Assembly (NCBI GenBank): GCA_051362555.1
Contig: CM120643.1
Coordinates: 5,146,001-5,210,000 of the forward strand
DNA: 64,000 nt
From: Lingula anatina
Lineage: Eukaryota > Animalia > Brachiopoda
Direction of reading: 5' to 3'
Positions 39,687-53,750 of the stretch are shown piece after piece. Each line of letters opens with the position of its first letter. The stretch's first letter is position 1. The position numbers and the translations under genes were made by a program. Below the pieces are notes generated by a model, which was given only the letters and a program-made list of their open reading frames with translations, was not told the DNA's origin and made no database searches.

Positions 39687-42234
39687 ATTGGTGTAGCAAT
39701 AGCTGCAGGAATAGAGACCTAATAATAGGTGCCAGGCTAACAAAAGACAGTTGTTGAATCTGTGGTTGGAGTAGGACATTCTCTAACATCAGTTGGCTGT
39801 TAAACCCTAGGCTTAAAGTGTGATTGAGCATGATTTATAATAAAATGTATCTTTAAAAATATTAATTTGTCCTCCTTTCCCACCCTTTATGAGGGACAGT
39901 ACTATACCCTTTATGTTCACTTACTTTTACATTACATTACATATATTAGGCTGGATTGAAATTTCACTTTTTAAAACAGCCAAGGTCAAGTAAAATCTGA
40001 CTATAAGCAAGATTAAAATCTGACTAGATAAAGTTGACTTTCAATATAATAGAAGAAATATGAAGTTAGTAAATATCATCATAAAAATACTAAAAATACA
40101 TTTACTGTGTTTTTATCTTTTTGTGAAAATTAACTAGCAAAGTCAAGATTATACTAGTAGGAGCCATGTTTAATTTACCACAACCCTAGATTTCATGACT
40201 GTTTTTGATACATCCTGATAATAATCTTTTTAAATGACAGGCATAGCATTTCAAAAGTTGTGATTTAGTGAATGAGTTTAAAGGGTTGATTAGGCATTTT
40301 TCTATCAGATGTTGTTAAACTTATATTGCTCTTGACGTATTCTCATACTTTGAGTGAGGTAAACACCATAGTTTGTTAGAACAATACAATTTATAACTAG
40401 CTTTACATAATGTTATTTATTTGTTTGTTGGACTAATTTGGCTGGATTTCTCTCTGGCCGGCTACATAAATACCCACTATAGCTCACAATAGTGTATTAT
40501 TAATCATTGTGTACTTGCCACTTATATATGATAATAATTAAAATTTTATGTAAGCATTGATTATTTCCGATTGATGTATATAAAGTAAAATGTGTATTGA
40601 AGTATTTTGTTTGTGTAATTGCCAATGGCATTGCATATACATGTATATTGTATTGGTACATATTAAATAATCAAATAATAAGGTTTTTACTCTAAAATAG
40701 CATACCCCGATAAAATTAAAAGCTTGTTGTATACTCAACTCACACAACTTAAAATTTCTAAGTTTCCTGTACACTTGTTGCACACTCCTGACAAAAAAAT
40801 TGAGTTTTCTGCACACTTATGGCAAACTCCTGATGAAATTGAAAGTTTATTGCACACTTACTGCACACATCTGTTGAAAAACCAAGTGTCTTGCACATTT
40901 TCTGCACACTCATGACAGAAAATTTACATTTTCTGCACACTTGTTGCATACTCTTGATCAAATTTTAAGGTTATCGCACACTCTCCGCATGCTTCTATTG
41001 AAATACCAAGTCTCTTGCATACTTTCTGCACACTATCTGTACTTATGGAAGTGTGCAGTAGGTGTGCAACAAGAAAAAAATTTTATCGCACACTTCTGCA
41101 CACTTCCCAAAGCTGTCTACTGCACACTCTAGAGTGTGCCGCACATGTACAGTACATTTGCAGCATATGTGCTGCACACTTTTCATTTTGCTAAGGGACA
41201 TGTACCGGTAGTAGATCATAGAAAAAGAAGGTGCAACAATATTAAATTGACAAATTAGATATAAAACTGACACGCATTGTTTGACTATCAATTGAAAACT
41301 GTAATAATATCCAAAATAACCGGTGATAATCGCCAAAATAAAGGGTCATGGATGACACAAAAACCTGGATTTTGCACGATTTTTGGTACAAAAAATTCTG
41401 CAACATTTGTTTCCAAAGATGGATTTTAATAATATTTTATACATACAACATTGATTAAAAGATACATTATCTCCCGCACACTCTCTAGTTGAGGAATAGT
41501 GGCCAAAGTTACAATGTTGCCAAGGTCAAATTTTACCGCTCAGTGCGACTTTGACGAACTCAAGCTCATTCTAAACTACATAATTTCAATAGAAGTGTAC
41601 ATGAATATGAAGTCTACATACCCAACAATCATAATATCATATTAGACTTGCTAAGTATGCATTTATTTAGAGTATATAGCTATTCTTTGAACAAGTTTAA
41701 ATTTAAAAATACTTAGTTCAATTTTTGACTACGGAAAATTCATATGGAATGAAATACCTGATAACAAATTTAACTAGCAGTTTGTTAGCAACACTAAAAA
41801 GGTAATCAGATGCGCGTGCCAAACTAGTGAACAAAAGGACAGTTCGCTACGGGAGACGGTTTAGTGGCACGCGGTTGCATGGGTTCAAGCCTCTTACAGC
41901 TATAATCCTATCACCACAACAAACAATGGGGACCTTCTGGCTGATGTGTCCTGCTGTTAATTACACTTTGTTACAGTGGATTGTTGCGCTCTCGTTGGAC
42001 CACAGATACTGGCATCAAGGGGTTCACTCGCCTAAGGTATTGTGTGTTATTACGCCTAAACTATTGTGTTTTTGCAATCGAATTTTGAAGGGATTTAGAC
42101 GGTTCTCCATTGTTTGTCCGCCCCCTTCTATTCACAGGATAGGGATTAAAAAATTTCAAACATTTTTAAAACGTTATACAACAGAAACATAATTATTATT
42201 ACTACTGTATATGTATTCTGATCGCTGTCTATGC

Positions 42235-43634
42235 TAGGCTTCCTCTAGCAATAGATTTGTCTTAGTCACTGTGGCTAATTGGGCCTAAAAATTCTTAGCC
42301 AAAAGAAAAACTTGTTAGCCACACTTTTTTCAACAACCTTTTCAGCATTCTTTTTTTTTTTTTTTTTTTTGTGCAAGGAAAACAGGTTTATAAATGATCA
42401 AAAGATCATGGCCAACAACATGAACAAGTTCAGCAAACTTCTGCAAAATGTAATGGAGTAATTGGTGTGTGAGAAAATGATAATACACTATGTAACTTTT
42501 TAGTAATGTTAGCATAAGTCTTCAGTTGAGGAATTAAAGAAAATTACAAATGATTTGGCTTGAAAGAGAAATATGTTTCTTTTTTAAATAAGTCCGTTAT
42601 CAAAGAAAAATTATTACCTTCTTAAGGGAATGAAGATACTATATTTGTTTTGAGAAATGACAGAAAATTGATTGAAAATTGAAAATTCTAAGGTTAGGGC
42701 AATGAAAGAGAATTTGGCCATCTGCTTGACAACACCATGGAGAACAGCTCGCCCTTCAAGACCACGGTCAGCAGCTGCATTATACAAACAGCTGATGGTT
42801 GTGTAGATGTCCTCAGCACTTGTCCCAGGTAGCTCCCTCACCCCCATAAACCTACTTTTCACTATGCCAGTTGCATCTATGTAGCGGTAGTAAATGAAGA
42901 TGACAGATTTGTTGGAAGAGTCTGTGGCCTCATCTGCACATATATCGTATATGTGATAAGGGGATGTCATCTGGTCTGCTTTGATTTCGTCCTCTGTCAC
43001 AGCCTGGAGAACCATGTAGAAATCATTCAGGGAGTTGCTGTGAGTATAATAGCTCTGCTCAGTGTCATCTGTCTTGAGGTGCCTCAGTGAAGAGACTCCC
43101 TGTTAAATTAAAAAAAAAAAAAAACAGCACTGTAAACTGTTGTCTAAAGCTGTTAAATAGAGACACCTGCCACCAATGCTATAACATTATCATTGCAGAT
43201 AAGGGTAAAATAAGGAGTAAATTTGGATTAAATAATTGTTTTCTTGATATTTTGTTAATTAATGTAAATGTGCTACTGAATCCTCAAAGGGAGGAAGTGA
43301 ATTAACAGATAAAATTCACATGGAAGTATTTCAAATTTATTCTGTAAAAGTTGAGTAAGCAACTACTACAACTAATAATCCCAGCGGGCAAAATATGTTG
43401 TTTTAACATTGAAACAACGTTGAACCATAACGTTGATAAGACGTTGGATAAACATTGGATTTGAAAGTTGGCTCAACCTCAGATAACAACTTTGTATCAA
43501 CGTCAGATAACAACATTGTATCAACCCGAGTTGTTAGACAACATTCTTGCATGAAAAGACATTGAAATGACCTGAGGGTAGGGTATAAAAGTATGGACTT
43601 TAAATTAAAATTTCCAAGGTTTAGATTAAAATAT
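42235..43634 (-). mobile_element. Truncated hAT element (ZNF862-like transposase fragment at 42614-43090)
   Basis: Terminus TAGGCTTCCTCTAGC at the satellite junction. Peptide DICADEATDSSNKSVIFIYYRY...SRFMGVRELPGTSAEDIY carries the first catalytic D region of hAT transposases. Internally deleted; other end not found. Confidence 0.75.
43380..43580. mobile_element. Small EnSpm-like non-autonomous element or fragment
   Basis: Begins CCCAGCGGGCA and is rich in AAC(G/A)TTG repeats. Right end and TSD unclear. Confidence 0.45.
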
Positions 43635-46459
43635 ATATATGTTAACTGAGAAATTATCATTTGTAAATGGGTCACTTAGATCTAAATCAGTTTTATATAT
43701 TTTCAAGGTGACAAGGGTTAATGTGAACTGCTTGGAGTTGAGGGGGAGCTAGGGTTCACTAAGCAAAAATTTTGATATAGACAAAATTCCATGTATTCAT
43801 TCTGATGCCTGTGCATTGTCTGTTGTGACAGTGAATGTGACTGGATGTATATTCTGATCACTGTCTATGTCTTAATTGTCGCTGTATATGTTTACTATAA
43901 TATAATTATATATTTTGATCACTGTGTTATTGCTGTGTTGTTACTACTGTATGTGTCTATAAATATATTTTATTTTTGATGTATTATCTTTTTTCAGTAG
44001 AGATGAACACGTGTTTCCTGGATTATCATCACACTAAGGACAGCTAAATTGATCTCAACCTCACAGCCTCTGCACAGGTCAGTGCAACAACGATATTGCC
44101 ATACTGAATATTCTCTTTAATCGCAGTTTGACCATTGCCACTATATCTCGTAACTGAGAAATTAATTATCATTTGTAAATGGGTCACTTAGATCTAAATC
44201 AGTGTCATATATTTTCAAGGTGACAAGGGTTAATGTGAACTGTTGTTGGGGGGGGGGGGGGTGGGGGGGAGGCGAGGGTTCCCTAAGCAAAAATTTTGAT
44301 ATAGACAAAATTTTATATATACATTCTGATGCCTGTGCATTGTCTGTTGTGACATTGAATGTGTCTGTATAGTATTCTGATCAGCTGAACTCATCTCAAC
44401 CTCACATCATCAGCACAGGTCAGTGCAACAACGATATTGGTACATTGGTGATTCTCTTCAATCCCATTGTGAACATTGCTGCTATACAGTATGTTTTACC
44501 TGAGAAATTATCATTTTGGAAAAAGGTGAATTAGATCTCACTCAGTTTTATATATATTCAAGGTGACAAGGATTAATGTAAACTGTTGGGGGGCGCTTAG
44601 CAAAAATCTTTACATAGACAATACAATAAATTACAATACAATAAATTTGATTTCATGTCGGTTATAAATTGAATGGAAACATTAGCTTTACAGCTATTCG
44701 CCGACTGGGTAAGGATGAAAACATATCTACAAATTACAATAATGCAATATTTACACATGAAGTCTAGTAAGAGAGTAAAAAGAAAATCTTTCAACAAAGA
44801 GTATACAAAAACACATGAAAAACTTTCTACAAAGAGTATACAAAAACACATAGTCGAGTCGCCACTCTCATAGGCCCAATAGTCGTACCCTGCAATGTTC
44901 CTTCCTGTAATTTTTTTTTTTTTGCTAAAATACATTCTTCAGGCTGAGAGAAGCAAAATTAGCTTGGTTGCTATTTCTGAGACCTTGCGCATTTTTCAAT
45001 ATGGCCGTCAATTTATGAGGAAAAATAGAAAAACGACCAGAAGTCACCAGGTAAACTTTATTGACAGCTTTTTTGAACGTGTATCCTGTCAGGAGAGCAC
45101 AACAGTACTAGTGAATACACTTAATGGCGTACCACTTAGCAAAAATCCAAAATGGCCATCAAAACATACGGCAGAAAATAATAAAAGCTGCAGAATCAGT
45201 TTGTTTTTTGCATATTTAGTTTTATTAAAACCATATCCCCTTTTTATATTTATGTTAATTTTAATATTTTGTTAGTCATGACAATGAACTGTTGGAATAA
45301 GCTTATCTGACAGTTCAATAACCCCCCCCCCCCCCCCCCGAGAGTCTGTTTGCTTGCCCGGCTCCCATAGTCAAATACTTTGAATGTTATTCCCTGAAAT
45401 TTTTAAAAGAATTTAATACTTTGGGGGTATAAAAGCCAATTTAATTTGGGCTTTCTTGGCAGTGGCTACATACTGAACATTGATCAATTTTCAAAATTCA
45501 AGATGGCCGTCAATAATATAAAAAAAATATTATATTATCATTATATTATAAATAAATAATTATGTAACATAGCAAAGAGTCGGGTTTAAAGTGCATGGTT
45601 TTCGGCATTTCAAATGACCGCTAAAACATGCCCAAAAAGGTAAAAATAAGCAGTTAAATTATGTTTTAAACCGGTAATTCGTTGTATAATATATATCAAA
45701 CGTTTTTTATTTATTGACAAAGTGTACTTGTAAGGTACAGTTATACTAAGAGGATCATTGATAGGACTGACCATTACGTAAGTTCTCTTTTTAATACAGG
45801 CTCAATCTAATGAAACGTTTATCAATGGTCAACAGGGGGTTCTGCAGGAATTTGGGCACAGGGAGTCCAAAATGTTAATCTTCAATCGGGACTCTTATAT
45901 TTACATGGAGTCCAACCAAGTCCGTTGGTGGGGACAGGGTTGGGGGCGGGGGGGGGGGGGGGGGGGAGGGTAATTTTATTGAACTTTTGTCAAAATATTA
46001 ACCGTATTATTATTTTTGGTTTTTGTTTTTATATTGATCATACCTTAATATTTTGATTTTATATCTTTATCATAACTTTTTCAGTATGTACATAAAATTT
46101 AGCTTTAAAACTTCCCATTTTTTTTTTTTTTTTTTTTTTTTTGAGATTGGCACTTGTAAGAATATTTCATCAGTATTTAACAGCATTTCTAGTTTTTCTT
46201 ATTACTGCACTTTTTTTTTACTTTACATTTTAAAGAGTCAATAAAAAAAACATCTCACAAATCTTTTGGTTATATACTGACAGCCATTAAAATCTTTGAG
46301 GACATATTTTTCAAAATAATTGTTATTTTGAAGCTCTTAACTGGATTATTTTCATATAAATCATTTGTTTAGGACATTGGTATACAGAACCAAAAATCTT
46401 AAGTTTCATGAATAGTTTCAAGACAAAAATGGCACCAACCCAACACAAAATCACAACAG

Positions 46460-46800
46460 TCAATAGCCGGTACGATCTCCGCTTGCTTCGATGCAGGCGG
46501 CGATCTGTTGGCGCATGCTCAGGCAATAAATGTGGATGGGATGGTGTCGTGCGGAATCCTATTCCAGCCTTGTCATAGTGCCTGGATCAGCTGCTGCCTT
46601 GGCCAATGGACGGCCAAGATATAGTAGTACCACAAGTGTTCAATCGGATTCATATCCGAAGAATAGACAGGTCGGGGTAGGACATCCACCCTTGGGACTC
46701 CAGATACACTTGGATCATTTGTGCTGAATGTGAACGGGTCTTGTCCTGTTGGGAAATGGTGATTTCAGTTTTCTGCTGCATGAACGAGGTCATGTGAGGT
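46460..46800 (-). pseudogene. Tc1-family transposase C-terminal remnant
   Basis: Frameshifted translation QQDKTRSH...SSDMNPIEHLW...WNRIP...SMRQQIAACIEASGDRTGY* matches the Tc1 DD34E C-terminus. Confidence 0.82.
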
Positions 46801-47577
46801 TGCAGAATCTGATCTACAGTTACAGGATTAATTTCGAGGACACTTTAATAGCCTTGGTTTATAATCCTTATGGTAGTTAAACGACTATTATCAGTGCGTT
46901 AATTATAGGGAATTAAACCTTAAGCCGTTGGGACCCAGCAGCGATAAATACTACTCTAACTCGGCCTAAATTTACTCAGCTTGCTTTTAGCCACCCACTG
47001 TGAGCAGGACACCATCATCAATAGAAAGATACTCCTGCACTTTCATTTAGATAAACAGGGTGATAAACCCGATGGGGTGAGTGGGGTGAAAATGCCGGCC
47101 TTTGTGAGTCAGAAGAATAGTAGCCTGCGGATCGCGTCGTGTATTTCTCGAGTTAAATGCTCTCAAATTGCATTATACTGTTGAATAACCACGAAGAAAA
47201 AGATAATAACTGAAAGTCCTTGAATAATCCCACCTTTTATAATACTTTTTTTTACATTTCAAATGATGAACATTTTGCTGTTGTGAAACATGCTAGTAAA
47301 AATCACGCACTATCTTTCCCGACTGGCATTTATTCAATTTGATGCACTATAAAATTAAGAAATTTAACAGTTATAATTATATCATTGTCAAGGTATTTAA
47401 TTTCACAACTGCATAAATTTTCATAATTTGTCTAGTCGTACACCATGATACACCGCAGTAGGGTTATAAGATTGCAGTCATTTTTTTTATTCGTATGACA
47501 AACAAACTGCCAAATTATGAAAGGGGACACCTTCCGGACCTCCATGCATACGGCACCTGGCAAAGCTGATAGACAAA

Positions 47578-47892
47578 AAGGCAATTTTCAAATTTTCAGC
47601 GCGAGATCGTTTGCAATCCGAGAGAGACAAGGAGGCAATTTTCATATCTGCTAAAAAGACTTCGTTAGCCAAAGAGCAAGACGAGAACGCAAGTTTCGTA
47701 TTGTCAGCGGGAGATCATTCGCAATCCGAGCGAAACGATAATGCAATTCTCATATCCGTTCAATAGCTTCCGTTTGCGGAAGATCGTCAGCCGGAGATCG
47801 TTCTCGATCTAAGCGAGACGAAAAGGCAATTTTCATATTCTTTCATGGGAATTGGTTCGCAAAAGAGTGTCAGCGGCAGATCGTTATCGATT
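47578..47892. repeat. Degenerate ~85-105 bp minisatellite, about 4 copies
   Basis: Recurring TCAGCG.GAGATCGTT.GCAATC.GAGCGAGAC....GCAATTTTCATAT. Confidence 0.7.
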
Positions 47893-50800
47893 GTTATTAA
47901 CCCTCCCTTCCCATTGAAATTTATTATAATTTTATAAAATATTTTTTCACTTCATCACACTCCCACCCCATTTTGGACAGCCTGTATCCCAATCCTAGAA
48001 AAAAGGCTTGGTTCTGGGTGAAATGATGTAATGGAACTTAATTGAATAGCCGCAATGTATTTAATTTTAACTGATGATTTTATTACCGGTGAAAACTGAG
48101 CTATAATATTTGGCAAATTTAATTTATTCTAAATTTACATTTAACTGTACCTGGGAATTTTGAAAATCTGTGCTTACAATTCTAAAAGGTCAGGTTGCGC
48201 CCCTGATCCTTAACCTACCCCTCGCTGGTTAATTACTAGTTTACTTAACATCACAAAACGCAGTAGATCACTTTCCTGAAACCGCACTAATACATGTATC
48301 AACAGATTTGCTCGCGGGGTTTATGTAAAGGGCGGTTGATTTTAACTTGTGTATAGGCATAGCTTAGGTTTTGCTTAGCTCGTGAAGTTTATATGCACTT
48401 TTTCTCAAAAATGTGTTAACATGTCTTGCCCCACCAGTCAGCTTTTGTTCATTACATCCGGGATATAGCGGTTTCCTTCGTGTCTCTTAAATATATGAGT
48501 CGTCGTGGAAACTTCCAACACTTTACTTGCTTCAGGAAAGTCTGCCCTTCCACATCAAAGTTGAACAATTTGCGTGTGTTGCTAGACTTTGTTTTGATTA
48601 TTTTCAGCGACACAAGTTGATAGAAGTCGTAGCCGCCCTGACGCGTAAACAAGAGTTGCAGCTCTTTGTTAGTAACAAGCTAATTGCACTCTTAACCTAC
48701 CCCTTGCTAGTTAATTACTAGTTTAGTAAACAGTACAAAACGCAATACAAAACAAAGATCACTTTCCTAAAACAGAAATAAGCTCTGCATCAGTTAATAT
48801 ATGCTATCTCACCCATCTTCACTACACAAATATGAGCGGTAGCTGTCGTGTGTACTGGGTAAGGGGGTGGCAGTGAAACATTTGTTATAAATATAGATAC
48901 AAAGAATGTTCGCATCCTTCACCCCCTGGTAAATAATTACAAAATTGGGTTGATATGTTAGTTTGATCTTTTTTCCACAATTTAAAAGTTTACTTTTTAA
49001 AAGTTTTAACTTGTTACTTAAAAGTCTAATTTAGTTTAATTGTCTAACCGAACAAATGTTGATTCCATGCAATTAATGGTTATAAAATTGAAGTTGACTT
49101 TTAGATGAAACATTTAAAACAAAAATAGTGAGCAACATGGCAACATAAAAATGACCGCAAACAAACCAATAAATTAACACTGTCGTCGGATAAGGCATGT
49201 ACATGTGCCTACATCATCTGAATTACCTTTGTAACCATACTTGTAACCTGAAATTCAATTGGATATAAAAGTGTAGAGAGCAAAAAGGGCACTGAGGTGC
49301 ATAAGCACTTTTAACAGTTCTATCTAAAAGCTATAACGACTTTTTTGTCGCAATGTAGTTAGCGCGTTCGATATATTGTTGCTTGCACATGTAAAAAATG
49401 GCGCTAATGAAATATCAGCTGCGTGCTCAAAGTCGACTCGACGCGGAATGTAGTTATTGTTTTGAAAATAAATTTTCTGTGAATGGTGGCCTGAAATGAT
49501 GTAAACAGTGTAACATGAAGTTTTAAAGAACATATTAAACCACGGCAGCATTAGTATATTCATATCAAACAGACTCTGTGCATATACTCGAGTCATGCCC
49601 TGCAATGTGAGGGTCACGCTGTCGAGATCACTCGGTAAACTGTTCAGGTAAAATTTTGCTTGGCAAATCCATAATGAAATAAATCAATCAAGTTGTCTAG
49701 CGAGATATATGATGCAAGCACGTTCCACAAGGTTATAATTAACTGAAGCGATCTTATTAGCTCATTCAACAAGCCACGCGTCATTTACCGGATTACATAA
49801 CAATAAAAAATAAAGTGGTGTTGGCGTCCCGCTGCGGCTTCAACAACTTATTTTGACAAGGCTCGCGCTACGTGCTGGCTTGAGAAAAACATCATTGTTA
49901 AACCTTAATGCCGATGCGTTAATTACTTATGGTCGCATTGTCTTCTTCCCACGGTGACCATTCATAAAAAGGGGGCGTAGTTAGGTATCAGACGCGTTAG
50001 TGGTGCATTGTCCTCTGACTAAATCCGTTACCTGTATGTAGTGACGAGCAGTTACTGGTTTGTTGCCATCAATGACCACCATCGCTTGACCTCCAGCAAG
50101 CGTCGACGCACAGTGGGGCTGCTGCTCCGGTTGTTGTTCCTGCCGGGTGCTTCTTGTGCTATACGACTGGCATGGCGAAATTGGTCCCGCAGCTGATGCA
50201 ACCTGATGTAGCGTTCCTGTCTAAAGTTGACACTCTCTCACCCTGGCTGTGGTATTTTGCTAACAGAACCTGGCATGTTGTGGGATTCAACCAGGTTCCT
50301 GATTGTGGGGTGGGAACAACTCATACATTATAGCTCAAATCAGACTCCCCTCACACCCAATGCCCAGAGGTGTATGTTGTTCACATGATAGACATGGCAT
50401 GATTCCATTCACTGGACTAACAACATGGGTGGCCTTTTTTGGGCCTTTATAGGCCTCCAAACCCAATCCTCAAAATGTGCAGATGCCCACTGAGTATTGC
50501 TCAATGTGTATTTGGTCCATTTTTGCAAAAAAAAAAAGAGCTTTCCCTCGTGCAATGAACCATGGCAACATGGCAACTCATCATCATCTTAACTACCCGA
50601 GCACTAAGTCATCAATAAATCCACAATGAATAATTACATCTACCCTACAATTAGAAAAATGCATACATTCCTATCTCAAAGCTTCCATTATCTGTAAGTA
50701 TATATATTGGAAAAAACAACATTTCAAATACATGATGTCGATGGGTAGCCCTCGCATATCCCCAAACTATGTCACGTTGTCAAGAATAGCTGACCTCATG

Positions 50801-52104
50801 GGCCCTAACTGCTGGGTTTGTATACCCCTGCTTGGATCTTGATTATTTATAATAAAATTCATTATTAAACAACAAAAATGCCTTTACCCATAGGTGTTAA
50901 AATATTTAAAAAGTTTACAAAATAAGGATAAGAATAATCCAACCTTTTTATGCCTTTTTTATTTCAAAATGATTTAGTTTACACATACTAGAATGCTAAT
51001 GACTTTCATTAAATCATCCACAATGTAATTTTTGATTAAGAATGCAAAACTTGTTGCCAGTTGCAATGTTTGGTTTGATCATAGAGTAGCATTGACGGAC
51101 ATATTTGTACCACCAGCGTAGGCGCTGGCGGTACCCATGGTTTTAGTCCCGACCCGTATGTTCCGCCGGCTCCTGCGGCTCCGCCGGCTCCTGCGGCTCC
51201 GCCGCCAAGTCACCGTTACCGCTTCTCCTCCTAGACGGTAAGGGCCCCTGTACCCATCTCTTGGATTCAGGTCACCTATAATCTCAACTCGTTCCACGTA
51301 AAATTTGGGCTTTGTCGGTATTGGGGTCTAGGTGTGGCACTCATTGCAATGCACCCTTGTCTAAAAATGGCAAAATTAAATGCTAATTATCTACCCTAAG
51401 GAAGGAGTTATGGGAAAAATTTCTACAGACAGCTTTCCAAAAGTCATATGTGTAGATTTCAAATATGCCCTTGGATTTGACCTTTGACCTTTATTTCAAG
51501 GTCAAACGGGCCAAAATTTTCAAAAAAAATGAAATTTTTTACGAAAAAAAATTTTTTTGCCCTGTTATTCAGACACCACGCAGACTTAACCAATAATATC
51601 ATTGGAAAGTGTTACCCATTGGGTCATCTTTCATCTCCGTGAATTTGGGGTCAATCGGTGCATTTTCACGGGAGTAGCGGCCATAAAGTACCGAAACTGA
51701 AAACTATCTCTAATTCGGGAACCGTTAATGCTAGAGACCCATTCTTTTTTGCATTTTGTAGAGCATGTAAAGCCCAACACTGAAAGTGGTCTCCGTTTTT
51801 TTGTATTCCATACGGTTTTCAAGTTAAGCTGTATCAAAAAGTACATATTGGTGGTGAAAGCAAAATGTGCAGTACGGTAATGGATAATAAATTTTGAACT
51901 CTGGAAAAATAATACATAAGGCTTGGCAAAGCAGACAACTTGTGGTCAAAAATGACATTATTTCATGAAATGTGAACACCTGGAACTTCAGAGCACCTCC
52001 TACTTTAAGAATTTTGACCAAAATGATGTTTTCTTTATTTTAATTAATCTTTTCTGTAGGAAATTTATGTCACATTATGGTAACTCCAAAATAATAACAT
52101 TTAG

Positions 52105-53750
52105 TCCCTTATATCTCCAAAACTGGCAGAGATAGGTCCATAGTTACTATTGAAGTTGAATAGGAAGTCATATAGTGGCAATCTTACTGTGACCTTGAAA
52201 TTGACCTTTGACCTTCTTTTCACCATGAACTGAACTTTGCAAATTTTGCTTCCCTTTTATCTCCAAAACTGGCAGAGATAGGTCCATAGTTACTATTGAA
52301 CTTGAATGGAAAGTCATATACTGGCAATCCAAATGTGACCTTGAAATTGACCTTTGACCTACTTTTCACCATGAACTGAACTTTGCAAATTTTGCTTCCC
52401 TTTTATCTCCAAAACTGGCAGAGATAGGTCCATAGTTACTATTGAAATTGAATGGGAAGTCATATACTGGCAATCTAAATGTGACCTTAAAATTGAACTT
52501 TGACCTACTTTTCACCATGAACTGAACTTTGCAAATTTTGCTTCCCTTAAGGGGCCCGCACACGGTGAGCATTTGGCGCGTGCCACTTGCGCTGCGCCAG
52601 ATGCTCGCGCTCCTCAGCTCCCCGCAAACGATGCGCTCTTTGCTCAGCAGAGGTGCCTCCCGGCCTGCCCCTAGTGGATTGTGGGATCATGTGTTTAAGG
52701 AAACATTACATATTGTTGTTTTTTCTGATGGTAATGGATAATGGTGACCAAGTTAATCAATCAGACTAACTATAACTGTGTACATTTTTGTTGACTTCGC
52801 TGTGGGCTGCCATTTTTGTTTGTTTCCGGCTACTGGCACATGCGATTTGTTAGCATGGCGTGAGCAATCGGCGCTTGCACCCCGCACACGCTGAGACATT
52901 TGCCTCAAGAGACCAAAAAAATCAAACACGTGAGAAATTTTGATCAGCCGCCCGTGAGGCAAAAATCTCACCAAAATACCCCCCCATACGATGAGAAAAC
53001 GGCGCAGCGCAAGTGACGCGCGCCAAATGCTCACCGTGTCGGGCCCCTTTATATCTCCAAAACTGGCAGAGATAGGTCCATAGTTTCTATTGAACTTGAA
53101 TGGGAAGTCATATACTGGCAATCTAAATGTGACCTTAAAATTGACCTTTGACCTACTTTTCACCATGAACTGAACTTTGCAAATTTTGCTTCCCTTTTAT
53201 CTCCAAAACTGGCAGAGATAGGTCCATAGTTACTATTGAACTTGAATAGGAAGTCAAATACTGGCAATCTTACTGTGACCTTGAAATTGACCTTTGACCT
53301 ACTTTTCACCATGAACTGAATTTTGCAAATTTTGCTTCCCTTTTATCTCTATAACTGGCAGAGATAGGTCCATAGTTACTATTGAACTTGAATAGGAAGT
53401 CATATACTGGCAATCTAAATGTGACCTTGAAATTGAACTTTGACCTACTTTTCACCATGAACTGAACTTTGCAAATTTTGGTTCCCTTTTATCTCCAAAA
53501 CTAGCGAGATAGGTCCATAGTTACTATTGAAATTGAATAGGAAGTCATATACTGGCAATCTAAGTGTGACCTTGAAATTGACCTTTGATCTACTTATAAT
53601 CATGAACTGAACTCTGCTAATTTCTTTCTCTTTTAACTCCAAACCTGGCAGAGATAGGTCCATAGTTACTATTGAACTTGAATAGGAAGTCATATACTGG
53701 CAATTTACTGTGACCTTGAAAATGACCTTTCACCTACCTTACGATGAACT
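52105..53750. repeat. ~146-bp tandem repeat (about 7-8 units) inside the HINE
   Basis: Unit CCCTTTTATCTCCAAAACTGGCAGAGATAGGTCC...GACCTTGAAATTGACCTTTGACC starts at 52252, 52398, 52544. Confidence 0.93.
52550..53048. mobile_element. Harbinger-type MITE (499 bp)
   Basis: ~48-bp imperfect TIR AGGGGCCCG(C)ACACGGTGAGCATTTGGCGCG... with TTA TSD (52547-52549, 53049-53051) that restores CCCTTATATCTCC. Confidence 0.87.

Larger units (their letters stand above)
34123..41197. mobile_element. EnSpm/CACTA-type (CCC..GGG) non-autonomous element (7075 bp)
   Basis: 13-bp TIR CCCTTAGCAAAAT with 2-bp TSD AC (34121-34122, 41198-41199). Subterminal arrays of TGCACAC motifs at ~34140-34480 and ~40720-41180. Confidence 0.8.
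28648..42205. mobile_element. Unclassified 13.6 kb composite insertion in satellite B
   Basis: Flanked by direct repeat TGTATA (28642-28647, 42206-42211) that restores AAATGTGTATATGTATTCTGATCGC. Subterminal inverted repeat with 32/35 identity at 28854-28888 / 41828-41862. No convincing terminal TIR. Confidence 0.6.

Noticed and set aside
51079-51297. Protamine-like RRSRRSRRS ORF
   Set aside because: Translation of the 9-bp GC-rich repeat in the HINE 5' region.
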